A model generated the notes under the pieces. The model was not told the DNA's origin and made no database searches. It saw nothing but the letters and a program-made list of their open reading frames with translations. The translations under genes and the position numbers were made by a program. From contig JBLDXI010000015.1 of the NCBI GenBank assembly GCA_047495785.1, forward strand, positions 2,046,001 to 2,110,000: a DNA stretch of 64,000 bases. The letters run 5' to 3'. Source of the DNA: Lepidodermella squamata (Eukaryota > Animalia > Gastrotricha). This document shows, in pieces, positions 37,198 to 46,772 of the stretch (position 1 is its first letter; each line of letters opens with the position of its first letter).

Positions 37198-37270
37198 AGG
37201 TTCCGGCGGGGTTCGAACCCGCGACCTTCTCCGTGTGAAGGAGACGTGATAACCACTACACTACGGAACC
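37198..37270 (-). tRNA. tRNA-Val(CAC)
   Basis: Anticodon arm TCTCC-TT-CAC-AC-GGAGA. Confidence 0.93.
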
Positions 37271-37338
37271 TGGATGACCTTGAGCGTGATGGCCTCATTT
37301 TACATGGCATTTTCGTCGAAAATATGGAATAAACATTG

Positions 37339-37410
37339 TTCCCTGACCGGGAATCGAACCCGGGCCGCCGCGGTGAAAGCGCGGAATCCTAACCACTAGA
37401 CCATCAGGGA
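37339..37410 (-). tRNA. tRNA-Glu(TTC)
   Basis: TCCCTGATGGTCTAGTGG..; CCGCG-CT-TTC-AC-CGCGG. Confidence 0.95.
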
Positions 37411-37478
37411 TGATGACGATCGGTTCTAATGGGGATGTGACCTTCGTTAGGATGGGTTACCATTGTCAAAAATGAAGC

Positions 37479-37552
37479 TGCCCCCTGTGAGGATCGAACT
37501 CACGACCTCCAGATTATGAGACTGGCGCTCTAGCCAACTGAGTCAAGGAGGC
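37479..37552 (-). tRNA. tRNA-Met(CAT), elongator type
   Basis: G1:C72, TTCGA T-loop, U31:U39; A10-C25 mismatch. Confidence 0.88.
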
Positions 37553-37613
37553 GCTTATGGTCACCCTAGATCCTATACTCTATTGATTGATTGAAGGGGA
37601 AGAAGAGGTGCCG

Positions 37614-37685
37614 AGGCCCAGACGGGGATCGAACCCGCGACCTTCTGTTTACAAGACAGATGCTCTACCACTAAGCTACTGAGCC
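37614..37685 (-). tRNA. tRNA-Thr(TGT)
   Basis: TCTGT-CT-TGT-AA-ACAGA. Confidence 0.93.
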
Positions 37686-38253
37686 GGCTGATAGCAGGCA
37701 ATGAAAAAGCATACTTTGAAAACCTCGAGTCATTTTTCCTAGGTTTGAACAAAGGATGGAAATTGCAATGCATTACCACAACCTGCATTTAGCCGTCATA
37801 CCATGGTAATTTCGCCAGGCGAAAATTTCAGTCCCAAGTCCCAAATTTTGGAAAATAAAAAAATTATAGAAGCTGAGGCCAAATATTGAAATTAATGCTA
37901 CATGCGAGCTATTAGAAATAGGAATAGGGAGAATACTCTTGAGAATACTAGCACACTGTGGCATGGCGCATGGTGTGCCAAGGCATTGGAGCGAAAGAAG
38001 AGGAAATTAACGCTAATTTTCGTTTCTGCCACTATAAATTCAATAAATTATAATTGAACATAGCAAATTAATATGAAAAATAGCTGCCCTTGACCGTGCT
38101 GCCGTTTCGGATTTCATATGACACGTTTGAATCTAATTGAGATGATGCACGGACTGGCATTCAAATTTCGGAATGCGTGTTCAACAATTCTACCTGATAA
38201 TGGGCTGTTTTGAGATTAGGTAATCGATCAATGCCTAAGCTAAAAAAATGTTG

Positions 38254-38325
38254 CGCCCCTGGTGGGACTCGAACCCACAATCTTTGAATTAGAAGTCCAA
38301 CGCCTTGCCATTAGGCCACAAGGGC
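38254..38325 (-). tRNA. tRNA-Arg(TCT)
   Basis: GCCCTTGTGGCCTAATGG..; TTGGA-CT-TCT-AA-TTCAA. Confidence 0.9.
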
Positions 38326-38910
38326 TGCTTGAACACATCAAAACAAAATAACTCTAATAATGCCAAGTCCCAAATAAGCTTCGGTCCAAAGTCTACGCGG
38401 GTCATCATAAGTATAATAGAATATGTATGCATCTTAGTAACTAATTGCAATGTTATGAGGTCGAAAGGCATTCATGCAAAACCGGACACGCACTCAATTT
38501 CAACAGTTAGCAGGTGGGAAATTAAATAAATAGTAAACCAACAACCAACTATCAAGATTTTATTTGCATAACCCTCATGCTCCCGGCGCTCTAGGCGCAA
38601 TTGCTTATGCTACGGTGATTTAAATTTGTAGCCGATAAAATCAAGAATGCGTCGTAAGAAATTGCGTAGCGCAAAACAACTACATAGAAAATATATCGAG
38701 TGAGAAAGAAAAAAATAAAAAGTATATTTTGGTTAGAATCTAAAGTTATCCAATTTCAGAGATCAGTTTTGAGCTTGTTGACAGCTTCCTCAAATTTAAG
38801 GTCGATGCCGGTAGCCGCGGCAACGGTGATGAGTCGATATTAGGGTGAGTTTCCGGAAGAAAGGGCACTACAGCAAAACCAGGCGCAAAATGAGTCTGTT
38901 GGTATGAACA

Positions 38911-38983
38911 GGTTCCGTAGTGTAGTGGTTATCACGTCTCCTTCACACGGAGAAGGTCGCGGGTTCGAACCCCGCCGGAACCT
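38911..38983 (+). tRNA. tRNA-Val(CAC)
   Basis: Identical to the 37198-37270 gene. Confidence 0.93.
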
Positions 38984-39052
38984 CGTCGAACATTTTTCAG
39001 CTTTTTTAGGGCTTGAGTACTATTTAAAGCCCGATTTTCATCGCTCTTTTCT

Positions 39053-39124
39053 ATGTGGGGAGCTCAGTGGTAGAGCGCTTGCTTTGCATGTAAGATGTCC
39101 CGGGTTCAAACCCCGGCATCTCCA
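39053..39124 (+). pseudogene. tRNA-Ala(TGC) pseudogene with a scrambled 5' acceptor strand
   Basis: Starts ATGTGGGG instead of GGGGATGT; remainder identical to the intact copies. Confidence 0.8.
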
Positions 39125-39190
39125 ATGTTTTTAAACGTAGAATTGACTTATCGGCATTCAAGGATCTGAATTGGATTTGAAGTTCTAACA

Positions 39191-39258
39191 GGTTTCGTTG
39201 TGCTCATCACGTCTGCTTTACACGCAGAAGGTCGCGGGTTCGAACCCCGCCGGAACCT
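39191..39258 (+). pseudogene. tRNA-Val(TAC) pseudogene
   Basis: 6-nt deletion (TAGTGG) in the D-arm/A-box. Confidence 0.85.
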
Positions 39259-39640
39259 TTCTTTTGCGAACTCCACATTGGGATCCTTTAATGGATCACC
39301 GTCAACGAGAGGCTGGAAAGTTTTAATTGTCAGTTGAAACTCTTCAGCAGGATTTCCAACGCACAATTCCGACATGATTTTTCATAAAAACTAACGAATT
39401 TTTTTACTCCGATTCCTCTTATGTCTCGCATTTTCTAACTTTGACTCCTCATTCGGAATTTTCCTTGGTGGGCTTTCATTTTCGCAAACCTTCCAGCCAT
39501 GACTTACAATAGAAGATAAAGGCCCCTGCGGAAAAGACTGCGAATTGGTTAGTGAAACAAACTCGAACTCGAATGTTTATGTTGGAAATTTCGGATTTGA
39601 CTGATGAATCACCACAGCCATAACATCAAAAAAATGTTAT

Positions 39641-39722
39641 CGCTGCCAGTAGGATTTGAACCTACGCGCGGAGACCGCATCTGATTTCAAGTCAGACCCC
39701 TTAACCACTCGGGCATAGCAGC
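39641..39722 (-). tRNA. tRNA-Ser(TGA)
   Basis: 82 nt with long variable arm; TCTGA-CT-TGA-AA-TCAGA; G73. Confidence 0.93.
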
Positions 39723-39927
39723 TTGATGGATTCGGAGACGGAGATAAATTGGGTCAATTTTCATGACTTGCAAAGTGAAATCGCTGCACAGCGTGAAACA
39801 CTGCCTGTAAAATTCTAATTATTTTTTCCTAACATTTCTGACAGCGTTTCATCTGCCAAACAGTACTGTGATCTACAAGATCTACAAGTGGCTTACTTGT
39901 TCCCATTACAAATACGAGTCATGCACC

Positions 39928-39999
39928 GGCCTAGTGGCCTAATGGTAAGGCGTCGGCCTCCGGAGCCGGAGATTGTGGGTTCGAGTCCCATCTGGGTCG
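39928..39999 (+). tRNA. tRNA-Arg(CCG)
   Basis: TCGGC-CT-CCG-GA-GCCGG. Confidence 0.9.
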
Positions 40000-40064
40000 C
40001 TACTTTTGTCATCATAAAGAGATGGGCTCTTTTCGAAAAACATCGATTAGTTCATCAATCAGCC

Positions 40065-40136
40065 GGCTCAGTAGCTTAGTGGTAGAGCATCTGTCTTGTA
40101 AACAGAAGGTCGCGGGTTCGATCCCCGTCTGGGCCT
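40065..40136 (+). tRNA. tRNA-Thr(TGT)
   Basis: Matches 37614-37685. Confidence 0.93.
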
Positions 40137-40212
40137 TGGCTTCCCTTTTTCCTGCATCAATTCCTTGATATGGATAACTTTGATCAGAATAGGATCTAGG
40201 GTGACCACAAGC

Positions 40213-40286
40213 GCCTCCTTGACTCAGTTGGCTAGAGCGCCAGTCTCATAATCTGGAGGTCGTGAGTTCGATCCTCACAGGGGGCA
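40213..40286 (+). tRNA. tRNA-Met(CAT), elongator type
   Basis: Matches 37479-37552. Confidence 0.88.
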
Positions 40287-40358
40287 GCTTCAATTTTATG
40301 GCAATAGGATCCTAATTCCTAACGAAGGTCACATCCCAATTAGGTTCCATTTTCATCC

Positions 40359-40430
40359 TCCCTGATGGTCTAGTGGTTAGGATTCCGCGCTTTCACCGCG
40401 GCGGCCCGGGTTCGATTCCCGGTCAGGGAA
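40359..40430 (+). tRNA. tRNA-Glu(TTC)
   Basis: Matches 37339-37410. Confidence 0.95.
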
Positions 40431-40497
40431 CAAATTTTCACCCATATTCATCGCAACTTTGGATAATGACCTTATTCAGAACCCATGCAATCACTCA

Positions 40498-40570
40498 GGT
40501 TCCGTAGTGTAGTGGTTATCACGTCTCCTTCACACGGAGAAGGTCGCGGGTTCGAACCCCGCCGGAACCT
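40498..40570 (+). tRNA. tRNA-Val(CAC)
   Basis: Matches 37198-37270. Confidence 0.93.
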
Positions 40571-40643
40571 CGTACAATATTTTTCCAACTTCGAAAAGGT
40601 TCCATTGCCATTAAAAGAGGATTAAAGTATACTGAAATCATCT

Positions 40644-40715
40644 GGGGATGTAGCTCAGTGGTAGAGCGCTTGCTTTGCATGTAAGATGTCCCGGGTTCAA
40701 ACCCCGGCATCTCCA
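40644..40715 (+). tRNA. tRNA-Ala(TGC)
   Basis: Matches 37053-37124. Confidence 0.93.
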
Positions 40716-40787
40716 ATGTTTTAAACATAGAGACTGATAGCAAATCGTCAAACTTCAATCTAACATATCTGATGTATAGCTCTAACA

Positions 40788-40861
40788 GGTTCCGTTGTGT
40801 AGTGGTTCATCACGTCTCCTTTACACGCAGAAGGTCGCGGGTTCGAACCCCGCCGGAACCT
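40788..40861 (+). tRNA. tRNA-Val(TAC) variant with a C-C mismatch in the anticodon stem
   Basis: TCTCC-TT-TAC-AC-GCAGA. Confidence 0.75.
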
Positions 40862-41409
40862 GCCATCGTTTTACAACATTTTGATCCACCCTGTACTGTA
40901 AATTAAAAGCATTTCAAATTAAACGCGATTTGTTTTAGCAGGACGTTCAGGTGCCAAATCTGGAATTTTCAACAAAATAAAGAAGCTGTGGCGCAAAGCG
41001 CGTTTTTGAGAATCTGAAATTACTCATCTCTTTTATTTATTTATCGAGCATAATCCCAATGTTGAGAGCTCTACGTGGAAAAAGGTGCATGTGAAAAACA
41101 AATCGTGCAGAGAGGCGTTGTCAGATTTACGTAAAAGACTCGAAATTTTGCAAAATGATAAGAAACCTTTACACCATATTATATTTATTTATTTAATTAC
41201 TACAAGGCTAACCAAACAGTATTCGGGTAACAGAAAAAGTATTCATTAACCACCGGGCGCAGTATGAATGAACTTGTATTAAAAAGTAAATAGAAGCCAA
41301 AGAGAGTAAATAGCACGAATGAGCAAAAACTAGACTAAGGCAGTCTGAAATGGCAGCAAGAATACATCCGCAAGAATTTCATCTCTCGATGATGGAAAGC
41401 CGACAAGTT

Positions 41410-42498
41410 TTATTCATTGAAATATTGATCCCGCATTTCGTAAAGATTGACTCGTAGTGGTTCGGCTCCAGCAGGCACTTGCAGCCCGGAATAAACTAAT
41501 TCGGGGGCAATGGTAATGACACCATTTTCGCCGCTGACCCGCTGGACTGGGAGGTTGGCCTTGCGCTCTTCACTCAGCTCTTCATCACCAAAATCAATCG
41601 CAGTCATCAGCACTGGAGCGTCATTGACGCGATCATACCTCAAAAATAACATCTGGGTGGGCTCGCCTGGCGTAGGTTCCGTCATGGCGCTCTTTCCGCG
41701 CGGAAGAAAGACCTTTACAATAAGCAACACCATGACGCTAGTAGAGGATGCAATGTAACGATCAGCCAGTTCTTCATAAGGAATATCATGAGAGACCATA
41801 ATTTCCACAATCACAGTTGGCAAGAAGGAAGCTGAAACTGGACCGATGATCTTACGTCCAAGTTGCGCATCAGGTTGCCGAAGTCTGTCTCCACTGAAGG
41901 TAAGTGTAGCAGTACGACGACTGGCTATTGGACGACAATTACCCATCTTAGGAGATGCTAGCACATATTTGGCGAAGTTGTAGTCGAAATAAAAGCACAT
42001 GCTTTCGTGACACAGTCCTTCCATACCAGAAATGTAGATTTTTCCGTTGTGAAAAAGCCCTCTGACATTGAAGTCATCGAAAAAATCGACAGGCAGCGCA
42101 TCCCATATTTCAGGTAGCATACCATCAAAATCGAGGCCAACATCCGTCAAAGTTGCAATATGTTCTGGCGAACAACCTTGAAGTTTGTTTTTTAGCGCCG
42201 TTCGAATTTTATCTTGCCACTCATTCAGTTCTGAATGGTCAATTGACTTGTCATTGTATCCAGAGTCATCCTGAACAGCAGATGTGCACAAATTAGGGCT
42301 TGACGATGATGGCCTGCTGCTTTCTGAGACAGGCAACGGGAATGGAGATGGCAACGGCGAACGTCCATGTTTACAATCGGTGTTGTGTCCAGCAATCACA
42401 AGCGCAAGTTGCTTGCTAGAATTGTCGGAATCAGCCTCAGCACCATAAATCATTTTGTTATTATTATAAACTCTAAAAAGTCGAAACATTATAACCAT
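41410..42498 (-). CDS. Uma2-like PD-(D/E)xK restriction-endonuclease-fold protein, copy 1
   Basis: NGKIYI....G.CHE, RQPDAQ, PTVIVEIMVSH, LADRY..VLLIVKVF; intronless 362-aa ORF (true start uncertain). Confidence 0.75.
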   Translation of the reverse strand: MVIMFRLFRVYNNNKMIYGAEADSDNSSKQLALVIAGHNTDCKHGRSPLPSPFPLPVSESSRPSSSSPNLCTSAVQDDSGYNDKSIDHSELNEWQDKIRTALKNKLQGCSPEHIATLTDVGLDFDGMLPEIWDALPVDFFDDFNVRGLFHNGKIYISGMEGLCHESMCFYFDYNFAKYVLASPKMGNCRPIASRRTATLTFSGDRLRQPDAQLGRKIIGPVSASFLPTVIVEIMVSHDIPYEELADRYIASSTSVMVLLIVKVFLPRGKSAMTEPTPGEPTQMLFLRYDRVNDAPVLMTAIDFGDEELSEERKANLPVQRVSGENGVITIAPELVYSGLQVPAGAEPLRVNLYEMRDQYFNE

Positions 42499-42688
42499 TC
42501 CATTTACATTATATACATTTAACCAAGCATTACGTGTAACATAAACGAGCTAATTTCTCAAGAGGCGAATTTTCAAAGTAAATTATACTAATGAGCAACA
42601 TCTAGACAGTTAAGGCAGTCTTAAACGGAGCTACATACAGTTTTTACATCAGCGAGAACTTCACCACACGATGGAAATCCAACAGGTT

Positions 42689-43777
42689 TCATTCATTGAA
42701 ATATTGATCCCGCATTTCGTAAAGATTGACTCGTAGTGGTTCGGCTCCAGCAGGCACTTGCAGCCCGGAATAAACTAATTCGGGGGCAATGGTAATGACA
42801 CCATTTTCGCCGCTGACCCGCTGGACTGGGAGGTTGGCCTTGCGCTCTTCACTCAGCTCTTCATCACCAAAATCAATCGCAGTCATCAGCACTGGAGCGT
42901 CATTGACGCGATCATACCTCAAAAATAACATCTGGGTGGGCTCGCCTGGCGTAGGTTCCGTCATGGCGCTCTTTCCGCGCGGAAGAAAGACCTTTACAAT
43001 AAGCAACACCATGACGCTAGTAGAGGATGCAATGTAACGATCAGCCAGTTCTTCATAAGGAATATCATGAGAGACCATAATTTCCACAATCACAGTTGGC
43101 AAGAAGGAAGCTGAAACTGGACCGATGATCTTACGTCCAAGTTGCGCATCAGGTTGCCGAAGTCTGTCTCCACTGAAGGTAAGTGTAGCAGTACGACGAC
43201 TGGCTATTGGACGACAATTACCCATCTTAGGAGATGCTAGCACATATTTGGCGAAGTTGTAGTCGAAATAAAAGCACATGCTTTCGTGACACAGTCCTTC
43301 CATACCAGAAATGTAGATTTTTCCGTTGTGAAAAAGCCCTCTGACATTGAAGTCATCGAAAAAATCGACAGGCAGCGCATCCCATATTTCAGGTAGCATA
43401 CCATCAAAATCGAGGCCAACATCCGTCAAAGTTGCAATATGTTCTGGCGAACAACCTTGAAGTTTGTTTTTTAGCGCCGTTCGAATTTTATCTTGCCACT
43501 CATTCAGTTCTGAATGGTCAATTGACTTGTCATTGTATCCAGAGTCATCCTGAACAGCAGATGTGCACAAATTAGGGCTTGACGATGATGGCCTGCTGCT
43601 TTCTGAGACAGGCAACGGGAATGGAGATGGCAACGGCGAACGTCCATGTTTACAATCGGTGTTGTGTCCAGCAATCACAAGCGCAAGTTGCTTGCTAGAA
43701 TTGTCGGAATCAGCCTCAGCACCATAAATCATTTTGTTATTATTATAAACTCTAAAAAGTCGAAACATTATAACCAT
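42689..43777 (-). CDS. Uma2-like nuclease protein, copy 2
   Basis: Protein identical to copy 1; offset 1279 bp. Confidence 0.75.
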   Translation of the reverse strand: MVIMFRLFRVYNNNKMIYGAEADSDNSSKQLALVIAGHNTDCKHGRSPLPSPFPLPVSESSRPSSSSPNLCTSAVQDDSGYNDKSIDHSELNEWQDKIRTALKNKLQGCSPEHIATLTDVGLDFDGMLPEIWDALPVDFFDDFNVRGLFHNGKIYISGMEGLCHESMCFYFDYNFAKYVLASPKMGNCRPIASRRTATLTFSGDRLRQPDAQLGRKIIGPVSASFLPTVIVEIMVSHDIPYEELADRYIASSTSVMVLLIVKVFLPRGKSAMTEPTPGEPTQMLFLRYDRVNDAPVLMTAIDFGDEELSEERKANLPVQRVSGENGVITIAPELVYSGLQVPAGAEPLRVNLYEMRDQYFNE

Positions 43778-43967
43778 TCCATTTACATTATATACATTTA
43801 ACCAAGCATTACGTGTAACATAAACGAGCTAATTTCTCAAGAGGCGAATTTTCAAAGTAAATTATACTAATGAGCAACATCTAGACAGTTAAGGCAGTCT
43901 TAAACGGAGCTACATACAGTTTTTACATCAGCGAGAACTTCACCACACGATGGAAATCCAACAGGTT

Positions 43968-46772
43968 TCATTCATTGAAATATTGATCCCGCATTTCGTA
44001 AAGATTGACTCGTAGTGGTTCGGCTCCAGCAGGCACTTGCAGCCCGGAATAAACTAATTCGGGGGCAATGGTAATGACACCATTTTCGCCGCTGACCCGC
44101 TGGACTGGGAGGTTGGCCTTGCGCTCTTCACTCAGCTCTTCATCACCAAAATCAATCGCAGTCATCAGCACTGGAGCGTCATTGACGCGATCATACCTCA
44201 AAAATAACATCTGGGTGGGCTCGCCTGGCGTAGGTTCCGTCATGGCGCTCTTTCCGCGCGGAAGAAAGACCTTTACAATAAGCAACACCATGACGCTAGT
44301 AGAGGATGCAATGTAACGATCAGCCAGTTCTTCATAAGGAATATCATGAGAGACCATAATTTCCACAATCACAGTTGGCAAGAAGGAAGCTGAAACTGGA
44401 CCGATGATCTTACGTCCAAGTTGCGCATCAGGTTGCCGAAGTCTGTCTCCACTGAAGGTAAGTGTAGCAGTACGACGACTGGCTATTGGACGACAATTAC
44501 CCATCTTAGGAGATGCTAGCACATATTTGGCGAAGTTTTAGACGAAATAAGTGCACAAGCTTTCGTGACACAGTCCTTCCATACCGGAAATGTAGATTTT
44601 TCCGTTGTTAAAAACAGAGCTATGGATCTGATTTAATCTAGATTAGATACAATTTCGAAAAAATGCTAGATCTATCAAAATCAGATTTAAATTTCCAAGA
44701 CAAGATTAGATCAAATCAGATCCATTTTATTGCGATACGTCGACAATGTCCGCTAGGACACGAGTCCTTATCTAGTCGTTGTTTGTCACGTGAGGCAGCT
44801 TAGGTAGCGACGGATCAGCAGTCTCGGCTTGTTTGACCAGCGGATACAGCGCCAAAAACCGCCTTAACATTCGGACGAGCGTGCTCCATCGCACTTCAAA
44901 ATCTAGGGTCGGTGTTAGCCATTTGTTGCGATGAATCCCATCCATCCATGTCTGGGACTTCAGTGACGAGAAACAGCTGGCCGAGTTCAACGATGGCGTT
45001 GGCCGAAGTCGACTGTTTGATCGTATTCCGAAAACAAAACACAGCCGCGTGACATGGGTCACCATACCACTTGCTTTGCGTCCCGCCAAGCACACCGAGC
45101 GCATCACGTCATAAGACAAGATTAGGATCTTTTTTCGCAAGAATCAACAAAAAGCTCAGCAAATTTGTCCTCGCCCAAGGCGCCATCGTCGAAATAATCG
45201 ATATCAAGGGCGTCCTCGTTCAACGCGCTAACATCCGACATTCTCCGCGTTATTGCGCTTTTCGAGCAACAACATGTCAAATGTTAAACGGACACGCTCG
45301 AAAAGCGAATCATGTATTCAACGTTGAATCCCAGATAAGCAAGGCTCGACCAAATTTTAGCATAGCTTACAAAACCAACGCAATCTAAGAGTTAAATAAA
45401 ATCGAATTTTATAGAACTATTATTTATTATTTAGAAATATTAGAATTTAATCAAAAATTTTGAATTTTAAAATTTGAGATTAATTTATAGAAATTGTATT
45501 ATTTCAAAAGTTTTATAAATTTCAGAATTAATCGAACACATTTTAAATTACTAAATCTGAAAAATTAATAAAGAATTACCGGTAAATTGAGAGTAGAATT
45601 TGTCCGCGATAACTTCGAGCAATCTTTTCTGCTCTTTTTCCAGAGTCCGCGGGTCCGGCATTTTCAAATTCGGGTCATTGCTGCTCACTTGATGGGCCAA
45701 TCGATGATTATTAAGCGGTCTTTTGTTGGTGATAGCGTGATTTGGAATGAAATTAATTGCTGATTCCAAAGCTAGAACGGTCGGAAATTGGGGCAGTATC
45801 GCATTTTGAGGTTTATTAATCGTCAACGAGCCAGCGAGCGTAAACGACGGGGTTGTTTAGCGGCATTTTCTCTCAATTGCTTTAGATTCTTCGACCAGGA
45901 CTTCTTCGTGTTTTCCCGATAGATGGCGACGAAGGTTGCATGCATTGACAAAACCATTGGGGTTGAGAGCTGCTGTTAACACTTGGGCACATTTTCACAG
46001 GAAAAGACGGGAGCACCAGCAGGGTTGTTACCGTCCCTTTAAAGGCTTTAGTATGAACGGTATGCCGACGCTTGGGAGTTAAGGCGATCCTTCCATCAGC
46101 AATTCGTTGTGAAGTTGACATTTCAAAGCAAAAATTGTTTAAAAAAATAGAACTGACTTTCCACATTATTTGGTTGAAAGTTGATGGCGCAAATGGCGCC
46201 CAATATAGCTTCATCTGCTGGTAGGGATTAATTTCTGGACACCCTGACGTTTTTTAATCGGACAAGATCAAGATTAGATTAGATCAGACTCGACGGATGT
46301 CTAGATCAACTTAGATAAAATCAAATCAGATCCCAAATCAAATCAGAAGGTCGGTGAAAAAGCCCTCTGACGTTGAAGTCATCGAAAAAATCGACAGGCA
46401 GCGCATCCCATATTTCAGGTAGCATACCATCAAAATCGAGGCCAACATCCGTCAAAGTTGCAATATGTTCTGGCGAACAACCTTGAAATTTGTCTATTAG
46501 CACCGTTCGAATTTTATCACCTGGCGTAGGTTCCGCCATGGCGCTCTTTCCGTGCGGAGGAAAGACCTTGACAATAAGCAATACCATGACTTTAGTAGAG
46601 GATGCAATGTAACGATCAGCCAGTTCTTCATAAGGAATATCATGAGAGACCATAATTTCCACAATCACAGTTGGCAAGAAGGAAGCTGAAACTGGACAGG
46701 TGATCTTACGTCTTATCTTGAATTTTATCTTGCCACTCACTCAGTTCTGAATGGTCAATTGACTTGTCATTG
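43968..46772 (-). pseudogene. Uma2-like copy 3: nonsense codon, hAT insertion, rearranged 5' part
   Basis: Identical to copy 2 up to ~44537, then diverged with an in-frame TAA; resumes at 46354 after the hAT element. Confidence 0.85.
44615..46353 (-). mobile_element. Defective hAT transposon
   Basis: 8-bp TSD GTTAAAAA / GTGAAAAA; CAG start; AGATC/GATCT subterminal repeats at both ends; LDFEVRWSTLVRMLRRFL resembles the hAT TRWNST..ML.R motif. Confidence 0.8.

Larger units (their letters stand above)
36880..40890. repeat. Large inverted duplication of a six-tRNA cassette (arms ~36880-37695 and ~40055-40890)
   Basis: Same gene order and homologous spacers on opposite strands. Confidence 0.92.
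41410..44614. repeat. Tandem array, 1279-bp unit, ~2.5 copies
   Basis: Stop codons at 41410, 42689 and 43968; identical ~190 bp spacers. Confidence 0.95.

Noticed and set aside
39641-39722. Possible selenocysteine or suppressor tRNA
   Set aside because: The anticodon is TGA, which reads UCA (Ser), not TCA; normal 7-bp acceptor stem
36900-40900. Regularly spaced repeats resembling a CRISPR array
   Set aside because: The repeats are tRNA genes with cloverleaf structure; no cas genes; eukaryotic context
41510-44316. Repeated 82-aa plus-strand ORFs as a possible antitoxin
   Set aside because: They are antisense shadows of the nuclease ORF, repeated only because the unit is repeated; no independent coding signal
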